A stretch of DNA of 54,070 nt from Patescibacteria group bacterium UBA3530 (GTDB taxonomy: Bacteria; Patescibacteriota; Minisyncoccia; Phycocordibacterales; UBA2100). The position numbers and the translations under genes are program-made. Below the pieces are notes generated by a model. That model was given only the letters and a program-made list of their open reading frames with translations. It was not told the DNA's origin and made no database searches. Below, piece after piece: positions 1 through 9,473 of this stretch; within the stretch, counting starts at the first letter, position 1; every line of letters starts with the position of its first letter. The DNA is taken from positions 1-54,070 of the forward strand of contig DFOX01000015.1 of assembly GCA_002376945.1 (NCBI GenBank). The letters run 5' to 3'.

Positions 1-1
1 C

Positions 2-91
2 CTAAGTGGCAGGAGATATAACATTTCTTTGAACCGTCACGAAACTCTTGAATTAACTGAAGATCTGATGTCTAATACTGAATACTCATAG
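2..91 (+). CDS. Possible 3' end of an unknown upstream ORF (LSGRRYNISLNRHETLELTEDLMSNTEYS*)
   Basis: Open frame from the window edge to TAG at 89-91, immediately before the SD of the next gene. Confidence 0.35.
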   Translation, partial: LSGRRYNISLNRHETLELTEDLMSNTEYS

Positions 92-105
92 CAAAGGAGG
101 CAGGT

Positions 106-387
106 ATGAGCAAAAGAGATCAGGAACTGATCTGCTGGTTTCGGGAAGTACTCAAGGTCTCGCAGGTAGATCTACAGAGAATCTTGAATCTTACGGAGCC
201 ACAATTGTATTCAGGGGTGCGGAGGAAGTACGATTATTTCCAGCCGTACGAGTTTGCAAAACTCATCGCTTTTTTGGATGAGCACGATAAGGTAAAAAGC
301 AAACTCCTCCGATTGAAGATCGAAAAGGATTTCTGGGATTTTGACCTCTCGGAAATCGAAAAAGCTGCTGAATACCCAAAACAATAA
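106..387 (+). CDS. Hypothetical protein, possible XRE-like helix-turn-helix
   Basis: Strong SD AAAGGAGG before ATG; segment SQVDLQRILNLTEPQLYSGVRR resembles an HTH; hairpin follows. Confidence 0.55.
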   Translation: MSKRDQELICWFREVLKVSQVDLQRILNLTEPQLYSGVRRKYDYFQPYEFAKLIAFLDEHDKVKSKLLRLKIEKDFWDFDLSEIEKAAEYPKQ

Positions 388-403
388 CGAGGCCACGATC
401 GAG

Positions 404-434
404 CAAAGACTGCCGATGGTGGTCTTTGTCTTTT
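404..434 (+). terminator. Intrinsic terminator
   Basis: CAAAGACTGCC-GAT-GGTGGTCTTTG stem (G-U pairs) followed by TCTTTT. Confidence 0.6.
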
Positions 435-481
435 ACCCACAAACAACAAAACAAATGACGTATTGATGCTACCATTATAGT

Positions 482-892
482 ATGCAACGTATCGCTACAT
501 TTGTTACCCTAGGACTTATTCTCATATTTCCGCTTGTTGTGTCTGCCCAATTAGTGCCCCAAGATTGTGCTCAAGAGGCCGCAGCGTGTGATTTTGCCGC
601 ACTCATTACACTGGCACGGAACATCTTAACGTTCATTGTAACCACATCGATAGTGGTATCAGCAATCATGTTTGCCTATGCAGGATGGCTTTTCCTATCC
701 GATGCCGGAAGTACATCAAAAATCTCTGACGGAAAGAAAATATTTAGCTCGGTTGCGATAGGGCTCGTTATCGTACTCATTGCATGGTTGGTGGTGAACA
801 CACTTCTTGAGGTACTCACCGGGAAGGGAATAGAGGAAAGAGAAAGTGACGCACGTACTACCACCGTTGACATACAACGCATAATTGGGTAA
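482..892 (+). CDS. TrbC/VirB2-like pilin of the CPR type
   Basis: Signal peptide, Cys pair (LVPQDC..CDF), two TM helices with YAG..FL..AG...K...GKK...AIGLVIVLIAWLVVN pattern. Confidence 0.75.
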   Translation: MQRIATFVTLGLILIFPLVVSAQLVPQDCAQEAAACDFAALITLARNILTFIVTTSIVVSAIMFAYAGWLFLSDAGSTSKISDGKKIFSSVAIGLVIVLIAWLVVNTLLEVLTGKGIEERESDARTTTVDIQRIIG

Positions 893-904
893 TGTGGTCG
901 CCAT

Positions 905-1066
905 ATGAGCCAAGACAAACTGAAAAAACTTGCTTGTTCGAAATGCAACCGTATTAACTATTGGACGTCTCGCAGAATCAAGGGTGATGGTATTGAAAAG
1001 TTAGAATTACACAAGTATTGTAAGTGGTGTCGCGCTAAAGAAAAGCACAAGGAATTAAAGAAATAG
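905..1066 (+). CDS. rpmG: 50S ribosomal protein L33 (Zn-binding type)
   Basis: Manual translation MSQDKLKKLACSKCNRINYWTSRRIKGDGIEKLELHKYCKWCRAKEKHKELKK; not in ORF track (<60 aa). Confidence 0.93.
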   Translation: MSQDKLKKLACSKCNRINYWTSRRIKGDGIEKLELHKYCKWCRAKEKHKELKK

Positions 1067-1068
1067 AG

Positions 1069-1093
1069 AAACTCGAGATACCCTCGAGTTTTT
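1069..1093 (+). terminator. Intrinsic terminator after rpmG
   Basis: AAACTCGAG-ATACC-CTCGAGTTT followed by T run. Confidence 0.7.
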
Positions 1094-1098
1094 CCATG

Positions 1099-1107
1099 TG
1101 GTATACT
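1099..1107 (+). promoter_or_regulatory. Extended -10 promoter for tRNA-Trp
   Basis: TG-G-TATACT 9 nt upstream of the tRNA 5' end. Confidence 0.6.
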
Positions 1108-1116
1108 CGCACCCAT

Positions 1117-1187
1117 GGGCGATTAGTTAAGTGGTATAACTTCGGTCTCCAAAACCGACGTCGGGGGTTCGATTCCCTCATCGCCCG
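1117..1187 (+). tRNA. trnW: tRNA-Trp (CCA); 3' CCA not encoded
   Basis: Acceptor GGGCGAT/ATCGCCC, anticodon arm TCGGT-CTCCAAA-ACCGA, T-arm GGGGG-TTCGATT-CCCTC, discriminator G. Confidence 0.96.
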
Positions 1188-2079
1188 CCTCGGAAAGAAA
1201 TGTACGTACCAGTGATGGAACGTCCTTCAAGCGCTCTTGTGTAAACCAATGTATCTGTTTATTTCGCTTAAACCACGTGCGTTGGCGTTTTGCATATTGA
1301 CGATCGCTGATAATAATATTCTCAATGAGTTCTTCTTTGGAAATTCTTTGGCGAAGATAGTTTGCCAAGTGCGTATATTCCAACCCAAGTGCCTCCATGC
1401 GCTCATACGAGATACCGTTTCTGTGAAGCTGTTTTGCTTCTTCAATCATACCTTGCTGCATGCGTTGGTGTGTACGCTCACGTATGCGTTCTTCAAGCAC
1501 ATCCTTCTCCCATGATATTCCAATCCAAAGAATATCGTACTTGACAGATTGAGGTGTCTTATGAGCGGGGGTAAGCGCTATCTCAATTGCGCGCACCAAA
1601 CGACGTCGGTGATTCTGCTCATTTTTATCCCGCAGGTTTTCCGCACGTACCGGATCCAGTTTCTCGAGCCGAGAGAACAATTCTTCGGAAGATTTTTGCT
1701 CGAGTGCGGCTCTGAGTGCTTCATTTGGGGGAACGGCAGCAAGCATTTCAGGGTGTAGAAGTGCGTCGATATAGAAGCCGGTGCCGCCAGCAAGTATCGG
1801 GAGCTTCCCACGAGAGATGATGTCGATAAGTGCTGTACGCCCATCGCGTGCAAAGTCAGCCGCAGTGTACACTTCTTGTGGATGTGCAACATCGAGCAGA
1901 TGGTGCGGTATTCCATCCATTTCCTCTTTCGTAATTTTTCCCGTTGCGATATCAAGTCCTGCGTATACCTGTCTGGAATCTGCAGAAATCACTTCACCAT
2001 TATATAACTTGGCCAATTCAACCGCCAAGGTACTTTTTCCTGATGCGTTTGTCCCAACTAGTACGATTATTTTTTCCAT
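1123..2079 (-). CDS. miaA: tRNA dimethylallyltransferase
   Basis: GTNASGKS P-loop, ISADSRQVY, GGTGFY, YAKRQRTWF; start reassigned to MEKIIVL. Confidence 0.95.
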   Translation of the reverse strand: MEKIIVLVGTNASGKSTLAVELAKLYNGEVISADSRQVYAGLDIATGKITKEEMDGIPHHLLDVAHPQEVYTAADFARDGRTALIDIISRGKLPILAGGTGFYIDALLHPEMLAAVPPNEALRAALEQKSSEELFSRLEKLDPVRAENLRDKNEQNHRRRLVRAIEIALTPAHKTPQSVKYDILWIGISWEKDVLEERIRERTHQRMQQGMIEEAKQLHRNGISYERMEALGLEYTHLANYLRQRISKEELIENIIISDRQYAKRQRTWFKRNKQIHWFTQERLKDVPSLVRTFLSEAGDEGIEPPTSVLETEVIPLN

Positions 2080-2111
2080 TGTGATACTATAGTGACATAT
2101 ACAATAGCTAT

Positions 2112-2717
2112 ATGGAACAGAGTGACGCATTTGAAATATACACCCCACTCACCGTCGGTGATATCGTTCCCAACTTTGCGTTTTCAGCATATGTTCCCGA
2201 AGGGAAAGGAGAAGTGCAAGAAATGAAAATGAATGATTTTAAGGGAAAGTGGACTGTATTGTTCTTCTATCCGGCTGATTTTACCTTTGTATGTCCCACC
2301 GAGCTTGAGGATATGGCAAAGCTACATGGCGAGTTTCAAAAAGAAGGTGCCGAGATACTCTCGGTGTCTACTGATACGGTGTTTGTGCACAAGGCGTGGC
2401 ACGACACATCACCGGCAATTGCCACCATCACCTATCCCATGGTTGCTGATCCGACACATGAGCTCTCGCACGCATTTGGAGTGTATGTTGCAAATGAAGG
2501 CACTGCACGACGCGGAACATTTATCATTAATCCCGAAGGGATGGTTATCGTTGCGGAAATCAATGCTGATCACATTGGGAGAAATGCCAACGAAACGCTT
2601 CGCAAGGTGCGAGCTGCAAAATTTGTTGCCGAACACAAGGGAGCAGTATGTCCGGCAAATTGGAATCCGGGAGATGATGTTCTTGAGCCGGGTCTTGATT
2701 TGGTGGGTAAAATATAG
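2112..2717 (+). CDS. ahpC: 2-Cys peroxiredoxin
   Basis: FYPADFTFVCPTE and VCPANW motifs. Confidence 0.95.
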   Translation: MEQSDAFEIYTPLTVGDIVPNFAFSAYVPEGKGEVQEMKMNDFKGKWTVLFFYPADFTFVCPTELEDMAKLHGEFQKEGAEILSVSTDTVFVHKAWHDTSPAIATITYPMVADPTHELSHAFGVYVANEGTARRGTFIINPEGMVIVAEINADHIGRNANETLRKVRAAKFVAEHKGAVCPANWNPGDDVLEPGLDLVGKI

Positions 2718-2768
2718 CTATCTACACACACAGAATACGCATACGGTGCGTACGTTATAATAAAGTGT

Positions 2769-3974
2769 ATGCACGACCTCTCTACAAAAGTGAAGGATGT
2801 GTTGCATAGTCTGTATGCACGCACGCACATTTCACACGATTTAGCGGTACTCTATACCAGTAGGACGCTCATGCGCATATCTCTCGGAGCGCTCGGGGTC
2901 TTCCTTCCCATTTTCTTCTACAAGGAATTTGGTTATGACTTGCAAGTAGTGTTGGCAATCTACCTTTCTCTTTTTGGTATCCAACTATTACTCACACCAA
3001 TCAGCGCGAAGTTCTTACAGATAATCGGGACACGGAGCATGTTGATATTCGGTGTTTTGTTTGTCACCGGATCCATTACCGCACTGTATTACTTTCCCCT
3101 TAATCCAACAATCGCAGTCTTGGCATATATCGGGTTAGCCGCTATATATCGTGCACTCTATTGGATTCCGTATCATGTAGATTTTGCAACATCGCTTGAC
3201 CGACGAATGCGTGGCAGGCAACTGGCGATATTGAGAAATATTGCCAGTGTAGTACTCATTGCAGTCCCCATGATCGGAGGAGTGATTATTACTTCAGCTG
3301 GTTTCTCAATGGTGTTTCTGTTCTCAATTGTCATAATGCTGGTTTCAATTGTTCCGTTGTTCTTTATGCACAACACGTATGAGCGTTTTAGCTGGAACTA
3401 TATTGAATCATTTCGACACCTCTTCGCTCGTGGAAACAGGTCTATTTTTTTGGCCAATGCAGCGTCGGGAGCGCAAGGAGTTGCGATAACCATATTCTGG
3501 CCGATTTATGTGTTTACGCTCCTTAATGAACGGTACACCGCACTGGGAATCATTGCCTCTCTCACCGTACTGGTAGTCATCATGCTGCGGGCATTTGCGG
3601 GAAAACTGTTTGACACATGGAGTCAGAAGAAAATACTCGTTGTGGGTGTGGTAATGGCAACCACCGGCTGGGTTTCCAAATTGTTTGTACAAACTCCGTT
3701 GCAGATATTTGCTGCAGACAGCTATCATAATTTTGGACGCACAGTGAATACACTGTCATTTGACGCAACCACCTATGAACAATCGGCTGATAATGGACGG
3801 TACATAGATGAATACACTGCCGTGAAGGAAATGGCACTCAGTGTTGGTCGCATCGTGATGCTACTCATCATTTCAACACTGCTCGTCTTTTTTGATCTGC
3901 GCGTGGCGTTTGTTCTCGCCGCCATTGTCGCTGTATTTATGATCGTATTAAACAAAGGAGTGAAAGTTAGTTGA
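2769..3974 (+). CDS. MFS transporter
   Basis: About 12 hydrophobic helices in two repeats; GKLFDTWSQKK resembles MFS motif A. Confidence 0.8.
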   Translation: MHDLSTKVKDVLHSLYARTHISHDLAVLYTSRTLMRISLGALGVFLPIFFYKEFGYDLQVVLAIYLSLFGIQLLLTPISAKFLQIIGTRSMLIFGVLFVTGSITALYYFPLNPTIAVLAYIGLAAIYRALYWIPYHVDFATSLDRRMRGRQLAILRNIASVVLIAVPMIGGVIITSAGFSMVFLFSIVIMLVSIVPLFFMHNTYERFSWNYIESFRHLFARGNRSIFLANAASGAQGVAITIFWPIYVFTLLNERYTALGIIASLTVLVVIMLRAFAGKLFDTWSQKKILVVGVVMATTGWVSKLFVQTPLQIFAADSYHNFGRTVNTLSFDATTYEQSADNGRYIDEYTAVKEMALSVGRIVMLLIISTLLVFFDLRVAFVLAAIVAVFMIVLNKGVKVS

Positions 3975-4419
3975 GCATCTCCCACACAATTTCCTTTACC
4001 AGAGCACCATCGGCATTTCCGTCCAATTCTCGCATTACCATACCGACAATAATCCCGCTCTTTCCCGGATCAACCTGTCCCATTGTTGTCATTGCGCTTG
4101 CAACTGCTTTTGAGATTTCTTCACGTGATGCCAGTGCGGGCATGTATGCTTCAAGAATAGCAAGCTCTGCTCGCTCTTTGTCTGCCAAATCCGCACGATC
4201 TCCTTTTTCAAACTGTTCAATTGAGTCCTTCCGCTGCTTCACCGCTCGCTTGATAACGGTGAGTACGCCATCGTCATCTAGGTGTTCATCGGGCTTTTGT
4301 TTACGAGTAACCAATTCGTTGGTAATGGCGCTGATAAGTCCTCGTAATGTACTGAGGCGCACCTCGTCGCGTGCACGCAACGATTCTCTCATGTCGTCTT
4401 TGAGTTGTGTATGTAACAT
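3967..4419 (-). CDS. GatB/YqeY domain protein
   Basis: RLSTLRGL..AI, KQRKDSIEQFEKGDRADLADKERAEL..L..YMP. Confidence 0.92.
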   Translation of the reverse strand: MLHTQLKDDMRESLRARDEVRLSTLRGLISAITNELVTRKQKPDEHLDDDGVLTVIKRAVKQRKDSIEQFEKGDRADLADKERAELAILEAYMPALASREEISKAVASAMTTMGQVDPGKSGIIVGMVMRELDGNADGALVKEIVWEMLN

Positions 4420-4470
4420 ATGCTCACACTATACCACGAGTGCACTATTCGTGGATGGTACAATGCACGT

Positions 4471-7119
4471 ATGAATATGTGGCACAGCTTTGCTTCGGAA
4501 AAGGTTTTGATGCAACTCAAGACCAACCAAACACATGGCCTTTCTGAGGGAGAGGTGAAGAAGCGATTGAAAATGTACGGGAGTAACGTGCTTCCTGAAC
4601 AGGCAAAAGAAGGGGTTATCGCCAGAATCATTCGACATACAAAAAGTCCTTTGGCACTCGTACTTGTCGCCGCGGGTATCGCCACTGTTGTTTTGTACGA
4701 ATTCTTGGACACCATTGTTATCCTAATCGCACTGATGATCAATATCGCAGTCGGTATGTTCCAAGAAGGGAAAGCAGCGCGTATTTTTGATAATCTTGAA
4801 AAATCACAAGAGAAGCATACAACGGTGTTGCGAGAAGGGAGCCAGCGAGTCATTCCGGCGAAAAACGTGGTCCCCGGAGATATAGTGGTATTGCACGGAG
4901 GAGCTTCGATTCCAGCTGATATTCGACTGCTTGACGCGAAGGATTTACAGGTGAACGAATCATCACTCACCGGAGAGTGGTTACCGGTGGAGAAAATTGC
5001 AACGCCGCTTGGAAGATCACTTTCCGTGACGGAACAAAAAAATATGGTGTGGTTGGGGACACTGATAACACAAGGAAGCGGCGTGGGAGTGGCGGTTGCC
5101 ACGGGAAGTCGTGCTCGATTTGGACAGATCGCTCAAAAGACACAGGAGTCCGTTGCGGAGACAACACCACTACAAAAAAGTATCAGACATATCGGAAGAT
5201 TCGTCATGTGGGTTGTACTGGTTGCACTTCTTGTCATTTTGGCTCTTGGAGTATATCGAGGCGAGGAGTTTTCTGAAATGCTCATTTTGGCAATTGCGGT
5301 AGCTGTTGCCGCAGTACCAGCCGGTCTTCCCGCTGCAGTGACTGTTGTGCTCGCCCTGGGAATGGAATCCGTGTTGCGCAAGGGAGGGTTGGTGAAGAAC
5401 CTACTTGCCGCGGAAACTCTTGGATCCACCACTGTTGTTTTGACTGACAAAACAGGGACACTCACACAAGGGGAAATGTCCGTTCAGGGGCTCTACACAG
5501 CACAGGGTTTGAAACATAATACCGAGGAGGCGGTTGATGATAATAAGGAGCTTTTGAAAATGGCCGTTCTCTCATCTGACGCATTCATTGAAGAGGATTC
5601 GGAAGGGATGGTGGTTCAGGGAAGACCCATTGAAAAAGCAATCGTAGAAGCGGGAATGACAGCAGGCCTCGTACAGACAGATCTGTTTGTGAACGGGTAT
5701 GAGCGAATTGATTTCGTGCAGTTTGAACCAACGCGCAGGTATGCAGTTTCGTTACACAACTGTTTGCGGGAGGGGAACAGAGCGTATATTTCCGGATCAC
5801 CTGAGTTCATACTTGAGCAATCAGGAACATATTTTCTAGAGGGCCGCGAGCATACCATGACAGATGAGGTCATACAGATGTTCTCCAAAACGCAAGAAAG
5901 CATATCTTCGGAGGGAATGCGCTTTACCGCCGTGGCATACGTACAAACAACAGAGGAAACCATTCCTGAAGCAGTGCTCGCACCAGAGTATCAGGGAACA
6001 TTCACCTTCGTTGGTCTCATCGCCTTTGCTGATGCAGTTAGGGAGGATGTAGTGGAGGCAATGATGCAAACACAAACTGCCGGTGCTCGGGTCATTATGG
6101 CAACCGGAGACTATCCAGAAACTGCACGTGCAATCGCATACGAAACAGGTATTGACATGAGAGACGACGCTCCGGTGCTTACGGGAGCCCAGATTGCCAA
6201 AATGAATGACGCAGAACTGCTCACGGCGCTTTACGAACACGCTATTATCGCACGCGTCGTGCCGGAGCAGAAACTAAGAGTTGCGCGACTTCTGAGAAAT
6301 AACGGTGAAGTGGTCGCAATGACGGGTGATGGAGTAAATGACGCTCCTGCACTGGCGGCAGCCGATATTGGTGTTGCCGTTGGGAGTGGTACCGAGGTGG
6401 CGCAAGCTGCCGCGGATTTAATTTTAGTGGACAATAGCTTTTCAGTGATCACTGCCGCCATTGCGGAGGGGAGAAGAGTGATTGCAAACTTACGCAAAAT
6501 CATCACCTACCTTCTTTCAACGAGCTTCAGTGAGATTATTGTGATTGGAGGAGCATTAGCAGCTGGAGCGCCACTCCCTTTGCTCCCAACACAGATTCTT
6601 TGGGCAAATATTGTGGAAGAGGGATTTATGAGCTTTCCGTTTGCATTTGAGCCGCAAGAGAAGGATGTTATGAAAAGAAAGCCGGAGCGGCGCGGGGTGA
6701 GGAGCATCCTGACGCGAGAAGTACGATGGTTTATTTTCACCGTGAGTGCGATAACGGGATTATTCCTGCTGGGGCTCTACTTCTTCTTACTCAACGTAGG
6801 GGTGCCGATAGAAGAAATTCGCACGGTAATGTTTGTTGCGCTTTCCGTTGATTCGATGTTCTTTGCGTTTTCATTTAAAGATTTCACGAGGCCGGTGTGG
6901 AAAATACCACTTTTCTCCAATGCATATCTGGTAATTGCGCTTTCTGCGAGCATGGCACTCCTCTTTGTAGCACTCTCGTTCGGCCCACTACAGAAGTTGC
7001 TATCCCTCACTCCTTTAACATTGTGGGAGATTGGGATACTCATCGGATTGGGTATTTTGAACCTCGTTATCGTCGAGGGAGCAAAGATCATACTCCAACG
7101 ACATGTGCTCAATGAGTAG
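4471..7119 (+). CDS. Cation-transporting P-type ATPase (P2-like, divergent ion site)
   Basis: DKTGTLT, TGE(W), TGD and MTGDGVNDAPAL motifs; start reassigned after TGGTACAAT box. Confidence 0.92.
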   Translation: MNMWHSFASEKVLMQLKTNQTHGLSEGEVKKRLKMYGSNVLPEQAKEGVIARIIRHTKSPLALVLVAAGIATVVLYEFLDTIVILIALMINIAVGMFQEGKAARIFDNLEKSQEKHTTVLREGSQRVIPAKNVVPGDIVVLHGGASIPADIRLLDAKDLQVNESSLTGEWLPVEKIATPLGRSLSVTEQKNMVWLGTLITQGSGVGVAVATGSRARFGQIAQKTQESVAETTPLQKSIRHIGRFVMWVVLVALLVILALGVYRGEEFSEMLILAIAVAVAAVPAGLPAAVTVVLALGMESVLRKGGLVKNLLAAETLGSTTVVLTDKTGTLTQGEMSVQGLYTAQGLKHNTEEAVDDNKELLKMAVLSSDAFIEEDSEGMVVQGRPIEKAIVEAGMTAGLVQTDLFVNGYERIDFVQFEPTRRYAVSLHNCLREGNRAYISGSPEFILEQSGTYFLEGREHTMTDEVIQMFSKTQESISSEGMRFTAVAYVQTTEETIPEAVLAPEYQGTFTFVGLIAFADAVREDVVEAMMQTQTAGARVIMATGDYPETARAIAYETGIDMRDDAPVLTGAQIAKMNDAELLTALYEHAIIARVVPEQKLRVARLLRNNGEVVAMTGDGVNDAPALAAADIGVAVGSGTEVAQAAADLILVDNSFSVITAAIAEGRRVIANLRKIITYLLSTSFSEIIVIGGALAAGAPLPLLPTQILWANIVEEGFMSFPFAFEPQEKDVMKRKPERRGVRSILTREVRWFIFTVSAITGLFLLGLYFFLLNVGVPIEEIRTVMFVALSVDSMFFAFSFKDFTRPVWKIPLFSNAYLVIALSASMALLFVALSFGPLQKLLSLTPLTLWEIGILIGLGILNLVIVEGAKIILQRHVLNE

Positions 7120-7136
7120 TTTGGTATACTAATCCC

Positions 7137-8177
7137 ATGAGTATAACAACGATAGTAATAGCGGTGGTGATCGTATTGTTCATCGGCAACATAGTCGCTG
7201 TATTCTATATGATGAGGATGATGATCGGGAGAGGGAATCAGGGAATTGATTTTCTTCAAAGAGAAATTGCACATTTACGAACTTCTTTCGATTCAAAAAT
7301 TGGTGACAGCACCAAGCAAATTCACGATTCAGTCAGGCAGCAGTTGGGTGAGTCGAACAAGATTGTTCAAGACGTCACCAAACACCTCACCGAGCTCGGG
7401 GAGACGAATAAGCAGGTGGTATCGTTTGCCGAGCAGTTACAGAAATTGCAAGATGTGCTGCAAAATCCGAAGCAAAGGGGAGTACTCGGTGAATACTACC
7501 TGGAAACCGTTCTGCAGAATGTTTTGCCACCGGAGAGCTATAGCATGCAGTACGGATTTAAGGATGGGGAGATTGTCGATGCGGTGGTGCGGGTGAAGGA
7601 TAAAATCATTCCCATTGATTCAAAATTTTCACTCGAAAACTACAATCGAATGGTAAGTGTACATGCTACGGAAAGGGCGGCGTATGAAAAAACGTTTGTG
7701 AACGATCTAAAACTCCGCATTCAAGAGACTTCGAAATATATAAAACCGGATGAAGGAACGGTTGATTTTGCGTTTATGTTCATTCCCAGTGAGGGAATAT
7801 ACTATGATCTCATCACTAATACGGTTGGTGCAGATGAAGATTCTCTCATACAACGAGCCGCGAGTCAGCATCGGGTAATTATTGTCTCTCCCACATCTTT
7901 CTTGGCATATCTGCAAACAGTATTGCAAGGGTTGAAGGCAATGGAGATAGAAGAGAAGGCACAAGATATTTTAAAGAATGTCTCTAAACTTTCTTCGCAT
8001 ATTGGACGATACGAGGAGTACTATGCAAAATTGGGAAATCAACTCGCCACCACCGTAAATCACTACAACGCGGGATACAAGGAATTACACAAAATTGACA
8101 AGGACGTTATGAAAATAACAGGAGATTCTACGGGAATCGAACTACTTGAGGTCGAGCGACCCGATAGGGATATATAG
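7137..8177 (+). CDS. rmuC: DNA recombination protein RmuC
   Basis: N-terminal TM, RGVLGEYYLE, IDSKF, DFAFMFIPSEG, SPT motifs. Confidence 0.92.
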   Translation: MSITTIVIAVVIVLFIGNIVAVFYMMRMMIGRGNQGIDFLQREIAHLRTSFDSKIGDSTKQIHDSVRQQLGESNKIVQDVTKHLTELGETNKQVVSFAEQLQKLQDVLQNPKQRGVLGEYYLETVLQNVLPPESYSMQYGFKDGEIVDAVVRVKDKIIPIDSKFSLENYNRMVSVHATERAAYEKTFVNDLKLRIQETSKYIKPDEGTVDFAFMFIPSEGIYYDLITNTVGADEDSLIQRAASQHRVIIVSPTSFLAYLQTVLQGLKAMEIEEKAQDILKNVSKLSSHIGRYEEYYAKLGNQLATTVNHYNAGYKELHKIDKDVMKITGDSTGIELLEVERPDRDI

Positions 8178-8217
8178 CTTGCTTTTTTGCTGTAAATCAG
8201 TAGGATATTGGGCACGT

Positions 8218-8595
8218 ATGGCAGAAAAAAAGGCAACAACAAAAAAAGCTCCAAAGGCGTCTGTAAAGAAGCAGTCAAACTCTTTCGCTGTAATTGCAAC
8301 AGGAGGAAAGCAGTATCTCGTTCGAGAGGGTGACTTTCTCAACATTGAAAGATTATCGGGAGAGTACAAGGAAGGGGGAAAGGTTACTTTTGATGAAGTA
8401 CTTCTTGTAGATGACGGAAAAACCACGCAAGTGGGTGAACCAACGATTTCAGGAACTACCGTCACTGCAACATTTGTGGAAAATGGAAGAAGCAAAAAAA
8501 TTCCGGTTATACGGTTCCGTGCAAAAAGTCGCTATTTTAAAAACAGAGGACACCGACAACCGTACACTCGGGTGAAGATTGGAAAAATTGGATAG
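8218..8595 (+). CDS. rplU: 50S ribosomal protein L21
   Basis: FAVIATGGKQYLV..GD and GHRQPYT. Confidence 0.96.
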   Translation: MAEKKATTKKAPKASVKKQSNSFAVIATGGKQYLVREGDFLNIERLSGEYKEGGKVTFDEVLLVDDGKTTQVGEPTISGTTVTATFVENGRSKKIPVIRFRAKSRYFKNRGHRQPYTRVKIGKIG

Positions 8596-8598
8596 AAG

Positions 8599-8623
8599 AA
8601 AGGGCGCCCGAAGGCGCCCTTTT
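8599..8623. terminator. Bidirectional intrinsic terminator
   Basis: Perfect AAAGGGCGCC-CGAA-GGCGCCCTTT hairpin between convergent genes. Confidence 0.8.
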
Positions 8624-8627
8624 CACA

Positions 8628-8840
8628 CTATTCTCTGAGAAGAATAACGATACGACCAAGTATCAGTCCGAACACGAATCCGGAAAGCGCTCCTCCGCCG
8701 GCAATTGGATCCATGACGGCCAAAACAATGCAAAAGGCCATAATTCCGTATTTGAGAACCGGACCAAAATGCAGCACAATAGCGAGGAAGCCCGCTATTG
8801 TCCATAAAACGAAGAAAAGCAGAAATAAAAAGAACAGCAT
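8628..8840 (-). CDS. Small hydrophobic membrane protein (orphan)
   Basis: SD AAAGGAG before ATG (MLFFLF...); 2-3 TM segments; terminator directly downstream. Confidence 0.6.
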   Translation of the reverse strand: MLFFLFLLFFVLWTIAGFLAIVLHFGPVLKYGIMAFCIVLAVMDPIAGGGALSGFVFGLILGRIVILLRE

Positions 8841-8886
8841 TTGTTGCACTCCTTTCTTGGTAATATGCAACCCACACCATACAGGG

Positions 8887-9471
8887 TTACGCTCTATTCT
8901 TCAATGCCTGTACCAGTGTCGCGGCATCTGCGTACTCAAGTTCAGATCCTGTTGAGAGTCCTCGTCCCAGTACAGTGATACGTGCCTTCGACTTCAATTG
9001 TTCGGCCAAATGAGCGGTAGTAAATTCGCCATCGGAAGTGGTGGAAAGTGCCAAAATAATTTCAGCGAACACGTGATGTTTCAAGTATGAGTCAAGTTCT
9101 TTTTCTCGCAAGTAACTTTTCTTTCCCGTTAGTGAAAGCGTTCCGCCGAGTACAAAATAGTGACCGGCATATGCACCGCTCTTCTCCATTTGCTCAACAT
9201 CAGTATCCTTCTCAACAAGCATTAATTGCGTCGTATCTCTGTGAGTATCACCGCAGATAGCACACACAGGACGTTCTTTGTGGAGTGGTGCGTAACGAAG
9301 ACACTTTGAGCATTGTTGAATGTGTGCTGCAACGGAGTCAATCGAGCGAATTAGTGCAGCACGATATCCTGCATCTTGGCGCAACAGGAAGAAAACAAAC
9401 CTTCGCGCTTGTCGAGGTCCAATTCCGGGAAAACGCATAAAGAGTTCGGTGAGCTTGTCCATTTCATTCAT
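8887..9471 (-). CDS. recR: Recombination protein RecR
   Basis: PGIGPRQARR HhH, C4 zinc finger, Toprim GHYFVLGG, GSELEYAD. Confidence 0.95.
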   Translation of the reverse strand: MNEMDKLTELFMRFPGIGPRQARRFVFFLLRQDAGYRAALIRSIDSVAAHIQQCSKCLRYAPLHKERPVCAICGDTHRDTTQLMLVEKDTDVEQMEKSGAYAGHYFVLGGTLSLTGKKSYLREKELDSYLKHHVFAEIILALSTTSDGEFTTAHLAEQLKSKARITVLGRGLSTGSELEYADAATLVQALKNRA

Positions 9472-9473
9472 AC

